This document shows positions 9,031 through 19,202 of a DNA stretch of 62,705 nucleotides, in pieces. Origin of the DNA: a virus; IMG/VR virus record IMGVR_UViG_3300045988_178329, positions 1 through 62,705 of that record; one strand, written 5' to 3'. A model generated the notes under the pieces. That model was not told the DNA's origin and searched no databases. It saw nothing but the letters and a program-made list of their open reading frames with translations. Both the position numbers and the translations under genes were made by a program. Each line of letters starts with the position of its first letter. The first letter of the stretch is position 1.

Positions 9031-9100
9031 TGGGGAAGATGGAATTGGTAGTTCTGCCATTCTTCCAATTCCTCCGAGCCAATTACTCGGCTTCCCCACC
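9031..9100 (+). ncRNA. tRNA-like element (possible degenerate tRNA or attP-like remnant)
   Basis: Perfect 7-bp acceptor-like stem GGGGAAG/CTTCCCC, an adjacent T-arm-like hairpin CCGAG-ccaatta-CTCGG and a 3' ACCA. The D and anticodon region is too short and the T-loop is non-canonical. Confidence 0.3.
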
Positions 9101-9162
9101 AATGTTAATCTAATGGCAAGTAATATAATGATGATTTAATAGAAAGGGTGGAAGTTTCGCAA

Positions 9163-11742
9163 ATGGCAGATTTGAACGAACTAAAGGCAAGATATAGCAA
9201 CATACCACAGGAAATGACGCAAATGCGTAGATGGGTTTGCTTTAAAGTTGTGGAGAGGGATGGGAAAAAGACCAAAGTCCCATTTGACCCCCATACCGGA
9301 AACGGAGCAAAAAGCAACGACAAGAATACCTGGGGTGATTTTGATGAGGCAATTAACGCCTGCGCCAAATACAATCTTGACGGACTTGGCTTTGAGTTGG
9401 GTGATGGCATTTGTGGAATAGATTTGGATAACCACCCAGACACTAATGGGGAATTCATGCCTGCAAAGCAGTTCCAGGATCTTGCAAACGAATTCGTAAG
9501 GACAATGAATTCCTATAGTGAATGGAGTGTTTCTGGAAACGGAATACACATATTTTTCTACGGAAAACTCCCAAGCGGTAGGAGAAAGACCTCCAATGTA
9601 GAGATGTATGATAGTGTACGCTTCTTTGCAATGACCGGAAAAAGCATTGGTAGGAGGTCTATAGCCTTTAGGGAAGAGGAAGCGACTTCCCTATGGAAGA
9701 AATATGTTGATGATAGTGAAGCGTTGGCTAGGAAGAAAAAGGAAGCCGAGGAAAGGAACAAAAAATACCTCGAAAGCCTTAATGGGGTTGCCGTACTCCA
9801 GAACCTAAGCGACAGCGATTTGATAGACAAGGCGCAGAAAGCCCCAAATGGCGGAGCCAAGTTTTCTAGGTTGATGAGAGGTGATATGTCGGATTTCGAT
9901 GGCGATCATTCAAAATGCGACCAATCGCTTTGCAATATGTTGGCGTTTTTTTCCAATAGGAACGCCGAACAGATAGATAGGATATTCCGCACTTCTGGCC
10001 TTATGAGGGAAAAATGGGATTCCAAAAGGGGCGATACCACCTATGGTGGGATAGTGATACAGAACGCAATTGATGATTGCTCCGCAACATACGTAAGGAT
10101 AATAAAGGATACGACAAATAAACAAGTGGAAACCAATAATAGCGAAAAAGACAAGGAGAAGAATCCGTTGCTTGTAGAGATGAACATAGATGATGATGGG
10201 GAACCGATATTCAGGATCAACCCGTCTCTACCAAAGGGAAAGGCATACCATTTGGACGATACGGGGAATGCACTTAGGTTCTATGACTTCTTTGGTCAGC
10301 ACTTTCATTGGAACGCCACCGACAAGGTGTTCATGTTCTGGACTGGAAAGACATGGATATTCGACAATAAGGGAATTGTCAGGAAATATGCAAACCAATT
10401 GATAGAGAACCTCCGTTCCGAACTTACGAACCTCAACGAACAGATAAAGGAATGTGGAAGCGAGGAAGAGGGTGAGGAAGTAAGGAAAAAGCTTTTGGGG
10501 ATAAAGGCAGCCTGTGAAAAGAATATAACCAGAATATCCAACAAGGCAGGAAAAGATGCAATGATTTCAGAATTGCAGACACTTGGAAAAATGCCAATAA
10601 TGAATGAGGAGTTCGACAGTAATCCGTGGATATTGAATACAAATTCCGGCATTGTTGACCTAAAGACCGGAAATATAATGAACTTTGATAGGAATTTATT
10701 ACTATCGAAGAATACCAATATAGATGTTTCGTATGACGAACCAACCGAATGGCTAAAGTTCCTACATTCGATATTCGAAAGACAGGATAAAAAGGAAACC
10801 GAAGAGATTATAGAGTGCTTCCAAAGGTCTATGGGCTATACGCTTACGGGACTTTGTGGGGAACAGATAATGTACTTGCTCCATGGCGGTGGCTCAAATG
10901 GAAAGTCAACGGCAATGAAGGTCATGATGGACATAATGGGAGACTATTGCAAATCAATAGATTCCAGTCAACTCATGGTTCAGAAGAACCAAAGCACGTC
11001 AGTCCAATACTCATTGGCGGAACTCCAAGGTGCAAGACTTGTCATAACACAGGAAACCGACAAGGGTGCAAGGCTATCCGAATCCATGATTAAGCAATTG
11101 ACTGGTGGCGATCCTATAAACGCCCAAAGGAAATATGGTAGGCCTTTTAGCTTCAGACCTATATTCAAACTATGGATGATGACCAATAATTTGCCGATAA
11201 TCACCGGTACCGACTACGGTATATGGCGTCGTATATTCCTAATTCCGTTCAAGAAGCAATTTACGGAAGAGCAAAAGGACAAGAGCCTACCCGAAAAACT
11301 ATCCAAGGAATATCCACAGATACTTGGGTGGGCGATAAAGGGTTGCGTCAAGTACCTATCCGATATGGATTTGCACAAACCTGATTGCCTTGAAAAGGAA
11401 TTAGCCCTATACCAAAACGATATGGATGTCATTGCAAAATTCCTAAATTCCGAATGTCAGGACAAGAGAAGTGAAAACCTTGAAAGAAAGACTTCCAAGA
11501 ACGATTTGTACAAGGCTTTCAAGGCTTGGTCGTTCAACAACAACGAATATGCAATGCCTGAATCCAAGTTCAGCGATGAATTGATGAAGAAGGGTTTCAG
11601 GATAGAGACGGACAAGAAGAACGGCATAAGGTACTATCTTGGCTTGATATTGAACGAGAATGCAATATGGACGGATAGTTTCCCAAAGCAGAGGAAGAAG
11701 AGTGGCTATGAAGAGGTAAATCCATTTGATGATGATATTTGA
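9163..11742 (+). CDS. bifunctional DNA primase-helicase (prim-pol N-terminus plus D5/P4-type SF3 helicase)
   Basis: N-terminal primase-polymerase-like region; Walker A LLHGGGSNGKST; about 860 aa. A GTG at 9148 is an alternative start. Confidence 0.8.
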   Translation: MADLNELKARYSNIPQEMTQMRRWVCFKVVERDGKKTKVPFDPHTGNGAKSNDKNTWGDFDEAINACAKYNLDGLGFELGDGICGIDLDNHPDTNGEFMPAKQFQDLANEFVRTMNSYSEWSVSGNGIHIFFYGKLPSGRRKTSNVEMYDSVRFFAMTGKSIGRRSIAFREEEATSLWKKYVDDSEALARKKKEAEERNKKYLESLNGVAVLQNLSDSDLIDKAQKAPNGGAKFSRLMRGDMSDFDGDHSKCDQSLCNMLAFFSNRNAEQIDRIFRTSGLMREKWDSKRGDTTYGGIVIQNAIDDCSATYVRIIKDTTNKQVETNNSEKDKEKNPLLVEMNIDDDGEPIFRINPSLPKGKAYHLDDTGNALRFYDFFGQHFHWNATDKVFMFWTGKTWIFDNKGIVRKYANQLIENLRSELTNLNEQIKECGSEEEGEEVRKKLLGIKAACEKNITRISNKAGKDAMISELQTLGKMPIMNEEFDSNPWILNTNSGIVDLKTGNIMNFDRNLLLSKNTNIDVSYDEPTEWLKFLHSIFERQDKKETEEIIECFQRSMGYTLTGLCGEQIMYLLHGGGSNGKSTAMKVMMDIMGDYCKSIDSSQLMVQKNQSTSVQYSLAELQGARLVITQETDKGARLSESMIKQLTGGDPINAQRKYGRPFSFRPIFKLWMMTNNLPIITGTDYGIWRRIFLIPFKKQFTEEQKDKSLPEKLSKEYPQILGWAIKGCVKYLSDMDLHKPDCLEKELALYQNDMDVIAKFLNSECQDKRSENLERKTSKNDLYKAFKAWSFNNNEYAMPESKFSDELMKKGFRIETDKKNGIRYYLGLILNENAIWTDSFPKQRKKSGYEEVNPFDDDI

Positions 11743-11757
11743 TGAAAGGAAAAGGAT

Positions 11758-12411
11758 ATGGAGATATATATGGAAAACATAAAGTTTAAGCCTAGGGGAA
11801 TCAACTGGCGTCGTCTTGAGAGTGCTGCGTGGCGCTCCTTGGTGGCAAACGAAAGCAATGAAGATAGGGAACGCCTCCGCAAGCAGGTGGCGGAACGTAT
11901 CGACGAATACATTCGTGTTGGTGGAATTGACCGCGACATAGCCGAACTCGATTCCATGTTCGTGGACGAAAACCTAAAGGAGAGGCTGGATGCCATCGGT
12001 AATCCGTCGCTATGGACACCTGAAATGGGAAACCCAGCGGTGGTTGCAGGGACTAGCGGAAGGTATGGACATAAGCTTGTCTTGAAACAAGATGACATGG
12101 ATCCATCCGGAGTGGCACTCATAGCATGGTGGTCTCCATGTTCGAGAGAGGTCTGGATGGATTCAACGTTTAATGGAAAACCATTCCTTTCATCGCTCGT
12201 CAACAGACTTGCATCAAGGAAGGAACACACCGTGATGGACGCCGTTCGCAAGACATTTGTTGACAGACTATCCCTTGCCGAGGAGGCAATGTGCAAGAGA
12301 ATTAACGAAACTTCGGGTTTTGAAAAACTCGTGGGGAGTACAATCCCCAAGGGCATTTGGGACTACATCAAAAGGTGTGAAAGCGAGGTATTGGGGGAGG
12401 AAGAATTATGA
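11758..12411 (+). CDS. hypothetical protein (217 aa) with atypical codon usage
   Basis: ORF. Arg codons are mostly CGT/CGC, whereas the rest of the genome prefers AGG/AGA. Confidence 0.45.
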   Translation: MEIYMENIKFKPRGINWRRLESAAWRSLVANESNEDRERLRKQVAERIDEYIRVGGIDRDIAELDSMFVDENLKERLDAIGNPSLWTPEMGNPAVVAGTSGRYGHKLVLKQDDMDPSGVALIAWWSPCSREVWMDSTFNGKPFLSSLVNRLASRKEHTVMDAVRKTFVDRLSLAEEAMCKRINETSGFEKLVGSTIPKGIWDYIKRCESEVLGEEEL

Positions 12412-12427
12412 TGGAAGAGGAAATGAT

Positions 12428-12598
12428 ATGGAGATAGTTGTGTGTGTCGAGTATGCAGACGGAAGCAAGAAGGAGATACCGCTTGGGGATAAGTCCGTAA
12501 GCGATGCAATAAAGGTCATGGATTCCCTTCTTGATAGCGACATGAACATAAAGACGGCAACAATAAGGAAGGTAAGACCAAATGCTTGTAAAGGTTAG
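12428..12598 (+). CDS. hypothetical small protein (56 aa)
   Basis: MEIVVCVEYADGSKKEIPLG...; in operon. Confidence 0.35.
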   Translation: MEIVVCVEYADGSKKEIPLGDKSVSDAIKVMDSLLDSDMNIKTATIRKVRPNACKG

Positions 12599-13979
12599 CG
12601 GAGACTTGGAGATAACCAATCCTACGGAAGAGGTTGTCAAGTGGATTGAGGAAAACCTCACCCTTACCAACCCTACCTATGTCAACCTCATAAAAAGGGG
12701 CAAGGAACTTGTCGGTAGGCAAAGATATGTACAGCCTACGATAAAGTCCTATGTAGTGAGGAACGGAACGTATATCGTTCCATTTGGCTGCCTATATGGA
12801 CTTGCCCCATTGTTCAATGGCTGCAAAAGGGAACTAGACCTTGCAGAACCCCATAGCAATGGGTTTGAGGGGCTTCCTTGTGCCGTAAACCTATTTCCTT
12901 ACCAAGAGAGAGCCGTCGAGGGCTTAATCAAGGCAAAGGGAGGTTTGCTAAAGGCTGGTTGTGCCTCCGGAAAGACCTATATCGGCATTGAATTGCTAAG
13001 GCGCTTTCATCTCCGTTTCCTATGGATTTGCGGAAAGCAGGACTTGCTAATGCAGGCACTAAGAAACATAAACAAGCTATATCCAAGCCTTGACATAGGC
13101 GTGATTACCGACGGTGAGGTAAGGATGGGAAGAGACGGAACAATAGCCACAGTCCAGACAATGATAAATGTCGATAGGAAACTATACGAAAACGAGTTCA
13201 ACATAGTCATTGTCGATGAATGTCATGCCGTTGTTTCCAATCCAGAAACAAGGGCAATGTATGCAAAGGTAATGTCTAGGTGCAAGGCAAGGTTCAAGTA
13301 TGGACTTACGGCAACACCGACAAGGCAAGACGGACTTACGAGGCTAATCTATGCAAACATAGGGATGTCTCCAAGGGGAACATTCAAGCCTACTGTTGAG
13401 ATTTACGATAGCGAAACCCAGTCATTGGTTGCAAAATACGAAACACTCGATTTGTTCACAAAGGATAGTTTCTCATATCTAAATGGCGATGGCACGATAG
13501 ACTACAATGGACTTCTTGATTACCTTGCCAACAATGTCGAAAGGAACAGGAAGATAGCCGATAAGGTAAAATCGCTGGTTGACGGTGGAAGGAAGATTGC
13601 CCTTTTGTCAAATAGGGTATCCCACGTTGAGAAGCTTAACTCCCTTTTGTGCGAAATGGGGGTAAGAAGCAAGATAGTAACGGGAAAGAGCAATAAGAAG
13701 CAAAGGCAAGAGGCACTCTCAAACCCTGATTCCTGGGACGTAATCTGCTCTACCGTATCGCTTTTCAAGGAAGGATTGGACATAAAGGCACTTGATACCA
13801 CATTCATAGCATTGCCGTTCAAGGATCCAACCGGGATACAGCAAAGTGAGGGTAGGAGCGAAAGGCCTATGGAAGGAAAAAAGGAACCACTATTCATCTT
13901 CGCGTTCGACAACGAGATACCATATTGTCAATCTGTCGAGAGGAAGATGAGAAGGGTTGTTTGCAGGAGGAGGAAATAA
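12582..13979 (+). CDS. SF2 DEAD/DEAH-box DNA helicase
   Basis: Motif I GCASGKT, motif II DECH, motif III TATP, motif VI QQSEGRSERP. Confidence 0.8.
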   Translation: MLVKVSGDLEITNPTEEVVKWIEENLTLTNPTYVNLIKRGKELVGRQRYVQPTIKSYVVRNGTYIVPFGCLYGLAPLFNGCKRELDLAEPHSNGFEGLPCAVNLFPYQERAVEGLIKAKGGLLKAGCASGKTYIGIELLRRFHLRFLWICGKQDLLMQALRNINKLYPSLDIGVITDGEVRMGRDGTIATVQTMINVDRKLYENEFNIVIVDECHAVVSNPETRAMYAKVMSRCKARFKYGLTATPTRQDGLTRLIYANIGMSPRGTFKPTVEIYDSETQSLVAKYETLDLFTKDSFSYLNGDGTIDYNGLLDYLANNVERNRKIADKVKSLVDGGRKIALLSNRVSHVEKLNSLLCEMGVRSKIVTGKSNKKQRQEALSNPDSWDVICSTVSLFKEGLDIKALDTTFIALPFKDPTGIQQSEGRSERPMEGKKEPLFIFAFDNEIPYCQSVERKMRRVVCRRRK

Positions 13980-14410
13980 TGGGAGCCAAATCTAGGGAAA
14001 ACGGAAAAAAGGGAGAGACAATAGGACAGGCCTTGTTCAGGAGAAACGGATATTGGGTTCACTTGACAGGGCGTTCGCAGTCAGGCTCACAGCCAGTTGA
14101 CCTCGTTGCCATAAAGGGAACGAATACCGAAACATTGGCTTGGCTACTGGACGTAAAGTTTGTGTCAATCCAGAAACCCTCATTCGGCTTTGAGGACATA
14201 CAGCCTGACCAATTGACTACGCTAAGGTATGCAAGGGAGTTTGCAAACATGGAAAGGCTTGGGTTCCTCATAGTGTTCGAAAGGGACTTGGAAAACCCTA
14301 GGTTCCTATCCTATGACGATTATTTGAACATTTCCAAGAAAGGTAGAAAAAGTGTGAATATGGATTCACTTGAATATATGGAGGAAACACTGAAATGTGC
14401 GGAAAGATAA
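13979..14410 (+). CDS. Holliday junction resolvase (Hjc-like PD-(D/E)XK)
   Basis: GETIGQALFRRNGYWVHLTGRSQSG...VDLVAIKG...LLDVKF matches the Hjc catalytic pattern. Confidence 0.5.
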   Translation: MGAKSRENGKKGETIGQALFRRNGYWVHLTGRSQSGSQPVDLVAIKGTNTETLAWLLDVKFVSIQKPSFGFEDIQPDQLTTLRYAREFANMERLGFLIVFERDLENPRFLSYDDYLNISKKGRKSVNMDSLEYMEETLKCAER

Positions 14411-15216
14411 AGAATTCCATCATCGACGTAGACGAGCCGAATAGACTTGCCTACTATGCCTACTTCGGCTTTAGTGGAGAGGTGTTGGGCTTGGTAAGCC
14501 TAAAGCTTCACGAGGGCGATAAATGGTCGCTCTACAAGGAAGCAAGGAGCAATACAAAGAAACGCTTTGCCATTGCCGTCAACTATCTCGACATGAACGA
14601 CAATAGGCATTATTGGCGCTTCCTAAATCCCGAGACATGGGTGATGAGGTATGGGGAAACGGATACCTACACCCTAGAGGAGATTGCCTTGATGCTACAG
14701 GAAAACAAGGGAAAGCCAATGAAGTTTCCAGACGGTACCCCGATACCACCTACGTATCCGAAGATAATAGAGGAAGCCGACATACCCTATTACAAGGGTT
14801 TCATGCCAAGGAGAAGGATATACATAAAGGCACCTACTAGGGAGGAAGTCTATAAAATGTTCAACGGACATTGCGCATACTGTGGCAAGAGGATAAAGAT
14901 TAAGGATATGCAGGTAGACCATATCGTGAGCCACTTTAGGCACAATGGAACGGACGAATTGGAAAACTACTTCCCATCATGCAAGGATTGCAATGGGCTG
15001 AAGTCGGATTACCTATTGGAAGAGTTTAGGGAAACCCTTATCCCAAAGTGCCTAGACAAGGTAAGGATAGGGAACACGATAAACAGGAGTAGGGACTGCC
15101 GTTCGCTTAGGATAGTGGTTGCCTACGGACTTGATAGGGATCCCAAGAAGAAGATAGAATTCTATTTCGAGAAGAAGGAAAGGGAAAAGGAAAGGGAAAA
15201 CGACGATGAGATTTGA
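14395..15216 (+). CDS. HNH endonuclease
   Basis: CAYCGKRI...VDHIVSHFRHNGTDELENYFPSCKDCNGLK. Confidence 0.75.
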   Translation: MCGKIKNSIIDVDEPNRLAYYAYFGFSGEVLGLVSLKLHEGDKWSLYKEARSNTKKRFAIAVNYLDMNDNRHYWRFLNPETWVMRYGETDTYTLEEIALMLQENKGKPMKFPDGTPIPPTYPKIIEEADIPYYKGFMPRRRIYIKAPTREEVYKMFNGHCAYCGKRIKIKDMQVDHIVSHFRHNGTDELENYFPSCKDCNGLKSDYLLEEFRETLIPKCLDKVRIGNTINRSRDCRSLRIVVAYGLDRDPKKKIEFYFEKKEREKERENDDEI

Positions 15217-15694
15217 GAAGGTAAGCCTTGAACAGGCATGTATAGAATACAAGAATGCATTTGGGGAAGAACCAGACAAAAGGCTGCTAAAGGATATACT
15301 TGACAGGTTGGAACTCCCAACAAGGGCAACGGATAGGAGCATTGGCTATGATTTCCATTGTCCGTTTGAGATACAGATGAAAAAGGGAACGAGCGTTTTC
15401 TTTCCCCTTTTCATTACCGTAAGGGATATGCCAAAAGGCGTAGGGCTATTCATCTATAACCGCTCTGGACTTTCGATGTTTCAGGGAGTAACCCTAGACA
15501 ATGACGTAGGGTTAATCGATGGCGACTATTACCCTCGTGGCATTGGCTGCAAGTTGACTTCCTCCAAAAAGGATTTCCACATAAGCGAGAGTTCTAGGGT
15601 ATGCCAAGGCACTTTCCAGAATGTACTCTTTGTGGAAAATGATAGAATTGTGGAAAATGAAAGGAAAGGTGGATTCGGTTCTACCGGTAAATGA
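15206..15694 (+). CDS. dut: dUTP diphosphatase
   Basis: Motifs RSIGYD, GLIDGDYYPRGIG and RKGGFGSTG. Confidence 0.85.
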   Translation: MRFEKVSLEQACIEYKNAFGEEPDKRLLKDILDRLELPTRATDRSIGYDFHCPFEIQMKKGTSVFFPLFITVRDMPKGVGLFIYNRSGLSMFQGVTLDNDVGLIDGDYYPRGIGCKLTSSKKDFHISESSRVCQGTFQNVLFVENDRIVENERKGGFGSTGK

Positions 15695-15695
15695 T

Positions 15696-16196
15696 ATGGA
15701 AAACAAGGAAGAAAATGAAAAACTATATGACGTATATGCCATAAGGAATGACAAGGACGAACTCAACAAGTTAGGGCTTATAGAATGGGAGGTAATATCC
15801 CAAAGTCCGTTCTTGTTGGCAAAGACGTTCGAAATGGAGGAAAACTCCGAGATACTCGACCAATTCGAGGCATGGATTAATATCCAGGCAAATAAGGACG
15901 CCAAGGTTATGAAGGTTCTTAGGAAATGGGGATTTTCGTTCAAACAGGTCTACAATGACGAAAAGAGAAAGAGGGAATATAGGGTAGAGAGAAAGAAATC
16001 CCTTACCGAATGGAGGTTGGAGATAGAGGTGGAGCCGGGTGAGGATCTCCTCCTTGTCGGAATGACTTTCGGACCACTGGAAATGAATACCCCCATATTC
16101 TATGGGAAAGACGTAATAGACAAGTATGTGCCAAGGGAAATCCTAGACGAATTGACTGGTGAGAATGGCATAGCACCTACCAAATTGGCAAAGTAG
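15696..16196 (+). CDS. putative terminase small subunit
   Basis: 166-aa ORF immediately upstream of the large terminase; no direct motif evidence. Confidence 0.3.
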   Translation: MENKEENEKLYDVYAIRNDKDELNKLGLIEWEVISQSPFLLAKTFEMEENSEILDQFEAWINIQANKDAKVMKVLRKWGFSFKQVYNDEKRKREYRVERKKSLTEWRLEIEVEPGEDLLLVGMTFGPLEMNTPIFYGKDVIDKYVPREILDELTGENGIAPTKLAK

Positions 16197-16204
16197 GATT
16201 GGTT

Positions 16205-17752
16205 ATGAGGCAAGACATCCTAGACGAAAGAGGGAGGGTTGTGGTATCAAGGCTTTTTTCGAAGGCCTTTTCACATCATCTTTTCCTAAACGGGAATACT
16301 TGTAGGTACAACGTATACAAAGGGGCGAGAAATACCGGCAAGTCTATTTGCATAATCGGGTATGAATCATTGCTGAAGATATTGTCCAATCCCGAAAAGA
16401 ATATCCTCATAACGAGGTTGAATTCCAACTCCAACAAGCAATCGACCTATGAGAATATCTGTGGTAGGATATATGACCTTGGATTGGAACGCTCGTTTTC
16501 GATGAAGGAAAACCCAACTCCCGAAATAACCTATAAGCCTACGGGGCAAAAGATAATATTCAAGGGACTTAACGATCCTACCACACTAAACTCCCTTACG
16601 TTTGCAAACGGATACCTTACCGACATCTACATAGAGGAAGCCTTCGAGATTGAATCCTATTCTGATTTCAGGAAACTCGATGGCTCTCTCCGTGGAAAGA
16701 CAATGGATGGGAGAAGGATACCCTTGCAGATAACGCTCTGCTTCAATGCCTGGAGCAAGGAAAGCTGGATTTACGAAAAGTTCTTCAAGGGAGTATTCGA
16801 GGACGATGAGGCATATCTCGATAATCCAGACAATACATACGATGACTATTATGATCCTGAATGGCAAGGAGACTTCGGAAAGGGACTTTACCTACATACT
16901 TCAACCTGGAAAGCAAATGACTTCAGGGACAAGGAAATAACTGACCCGGCTGCTTTGGAAATGAAGAAGCGTTCCTTGGATATATATAGGACGGATTATC
17001 TCGGAATGTGGGGCAATTCAACGGCTTCCACCTATGCCGAATTCAAGGATAACTGCATAATGCCTTTATCTGCCATAAGGGAAAAGTACATGAGGTTCTC
17101 TTCGTTTGCCATTGGGATAGACACAGGGCTATCAAACGGAGAAGGTGGAAAGAGAACCGTAGGAAGGCATCAAGTCGTAGAGGAAAGGATAAAGTCCGCC
17201 ACGGTTATGACGCTATCGGCGGTTACGTCCGATTTCGAATCGATAGTCTGCCTAGATGAATACTACCATACCGAAATAGAGAGGAATGGTTCATACAATA
17301 CCGACACGCCATACCAACTAGGCGAACCGGGCTTGATAAAGGCCTGTGCCGACTACATAGAGAAATGGTTCGACAAGTACTCGAATTCCGGAATGGGTAT
17401 ATTTGAGGGTCAGACCATATCCATATACATAGATAGTGCGGATATAGGCTTTAGGCAAATGCTGGAATTGGAACTCAGGATAAGGAACTTCAGGAATGTC
17501 GATGTCTATCTATCTCCAAAGCTTAGCACCCAGACCAGGGTTGACTTCGAGAAAGTAATGTTTGCCTGGGGCAATATGGTTATATGCGACCAGTGTAAGA
17601 ACACAATACGCGAGTTCAGGAACGCCCGTAGGGACAAGAAGGGTAGGGCACGTGAGGACAATGACGACCATGCCCTTACAAGCTTCGAATATGGCTTTAC
17701 TCCACAACTAGGCGATGTCAGGATGTGGAAGCAGTTCAAGGAAAGGAAATGA
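16205..17752 (+). CDS. terL: terminase large subunit (PBSX family)
   Basis: Walker A YKGARNTGKS, ITRLNSNSNKQST, IIFKGLNDPTTLNS...DIYIEEAFE, and a C-terminal nuclease region. Confidence 0.8.
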   Translation: MRQDILDERGRVVVSRLFSKAFSHHLFLNGNTCRYNVYKGARNTGKSICIIGYESLLKILSNPEKNILITRLNSNSNKQSTYENICGRIYDLGLERSFSMKENPTPEITYKPTGQKIIFKGLNDPTTLNSLTFANGYLTDIYIEEAFEIESYSDFRKLDGSLRGKTMDGRRIPLQITLCFNAWSKESWIYEKFFKGVFEDDEAYLDNPDNTYDDYYDPEWQGDFGKGLYLHTSTWKANDFRDKEITDPAALEMKKRSLDIYRTDYLGMWGNSTASTYAEFKDNCIMPLSAIREKYMRFSSFAIGIDTGLSNGEGGKRTVGRHQVVEERIKSATVMTLSAVTSDFESIVCLDEYYHTEIERNGSYNTDTPYQLGEPGLIKACADYIEKWFDKYSNSGMGIFEGQTISIYIDSADIGFRQMLELELRIRNFRNVDVYLSPKLSTQTRVDFEKVMFAWGNMVICDQCKNTIREFRNARRDKKGRAREDNDDHALTSFEYGFTPQLGDVRMWKQFKERK

Positions 17753-17937
17753 CAATGGGATTCTTGGTTGCACAGATTGGATTCATACTCCTCAACGAAA
17801 TGCTTGCAGCAACATTGCTGCTGGTATCATTGCTTAGGGGAGTATACTGGATGGTTGCCTATATGGCGGTGTTGCTAACCCTTCTTGGGTTGGCTGCACT
17901 GGTTTCCATAATCGATTTCATCATAAGGGAAAAATGA
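17725..17937 (+). CDS. small membrane protein with two transmembrane helices (holin-like)
   Basis: 70 aa, two hydrophobic helices, followed by a strong terminator. Confidence 0.4.
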   Translation: MEAVQGKEMTMGFLVAQIGFILLNEMLAATLLLVSLLRGVYWMVAYMAVLLTLLGLAALVSIIDFIIREK

Positions 17938-17963
17938 AACGGCTCTTGGTAGCCGTTTTTTTG
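17938..17963 (+). terminator. rho-independent terminator
   Basis: ACGGCT-cttggt-AGCCGT followed by TTTTTTT. Confidence 0.75.
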
Positions 17964-17966
17964 TCA

Positions 17967-18045
17967 AACCTTAAACAAACCTAAAAATTCTTAAATTTTC
18001 ATTTACTTCCATTTTTGCATAATATAGAATTTAGGTATCAAAGGG
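17967..18045 (+). promoter_or_regulatory. Conserved promoter region (A-tract motif AACCTTAAACAAACCTAAAAAT, TTTTCATTTACTT box, ATAATAT)
   Basis: Near-duplicate of 1643-1712. Confidence 0.55.
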
Positions 18046-18057
18046 AGATAAACGAAA

Positions 18058-18729
18058 ATGGAAGAAAAACTTACTGAAAGACAAATTGAACAAATAGCAG
18101 GGGAAAGGATTTTCCAAAGGCTTTGCAATTACTACAAGGATCATGAATTGCTCAATATGGGAAATGCCAAAATAGAATGTGTATCCACACAGAATGGATA
18201 TTCTTTGAAAGTTTCCATACCACCAAGGGATTTCGATGATGTGTATAGTTGCAGGAGATTCCTAAAGCATTTTAAATTCGACAAGAAAACTACTAGCGAA
18301 AGCATTGCCCTTGCCATAGACCAGGAAATCGAAAGGTTTGAGGTTGCGACTACAAAATGGTTTAGGGCAATCAGGGTAGCAAGTAAGTATATTGATATGG
18401 AAGAGCCAAACAGGGAATTGACTGAAGAGGACTTCGAAAACATGACCGAGGCGGTGGAATATGCCATGTGTAAGATACTTGGCTACGATACCTTTGACCT
18501 AGACAGCAAAATGGAAGTCAAACCCTCGATTTACGAATATGAGGGTAGCGAATTCATCGACATAGACATATCCTTGCGTAGTAGGGAAGATGTTGTTTGC
18601 CAATGCAAATTCGACCATGAAATGGAATTTGAGGCGCAAGTAAGCTCATTCAAGATAGCATTTGTCGAATTCATACAGGCATTGGTAAGGGAAAGGGCTA
18701 ATGTAAATTCGTATATATACAATGAATAG
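18058..18729 (+). CDS. hypothetical protein (223 aa)
   Basis: ORF with GGGAGAT ribosome-binding site. Confidence 0.5.
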   Translation: MEEKLTERQIEQIAGERIFQRLCNYYKDHELLNMGNAKIECVSTQNGYSLKVSIPPRDFDDVYSCRRFLKHFKFDKKTTSESIALAIDQEIERFEVATTKWFRAIRVASKYIDMEEPNRELTEEDFENMTEAVEYAMCKILGYDTFDLDSKMEVKPSIYEYEGSEFIDIDISLRSREDVVCQCKFDHEMEFEAQVSSFKIAFVEFIQALVRERANVNSYIYNE

Positions 18730-18749
18730 GAGATTGGAAAGGAGAATGT

Positions 18750-19076
18750 ATGAAAAGGAAAAGAAATGAATATGAAGTCCAGATGAGGGAAGAAACAAAA
18801 AGGAAGGGTAGGTGGAAAACCATTGGCGACTTTGCCAATGCGTTTGACGCCCAAAGCGAGGTAAACACAATGGTAGGCAACAACGGTACGGCAAGGGTAG
18901 TCAGGAAGCTATCGTGGGCTTATTTGCCGGTCATTGCATTGGTTGGATTGGTTTGTTTGGTGTTATCCATATTGATATGTGTAGTCCTATTCCCATTCTT
19001 TGTCTGGAAATTTGTAGGGGACTTCATGTCCGACTTCATAAGCGACGAGAAGAGAAAGAGATATGAAAAGGACTAG
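18750..19076 (+). CDS. hypothetical membrane protein (108 aa)
   Basis: Transmembrane segment LPVIALVGLVCLVLSILICVVLFPFFVW. Confidence 0.45.
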   Translation: MKRKRNEYEVQMREETKRKGRWKTIGDFANAFDAQSEVNTMVGNNGTARVVRKLSWAYLPVIALVGLVCLVLSILICVVLFPFFVWKFVGDFMSDFISDEKRKRYEKD

Positions 19077-19202
19077 GGGCGAGATAATGGTGTGTCAGTT
19101 TCGGGACGGCAAATATGTTCATGTGGAATTGTTTAGGGACATAAATAAGGCAAGGAGAAGGAAATCGGCACTAAAGAAAAAGGCAAGGGAGGAAAATAGG
19201 AA

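Noticed and set aside
11706-12356. 216-aa minus-strand ORF antisense to 11758..12411
   Set aside because: Ser-rich antisense frame; the plus-strand ORF has an operon context.
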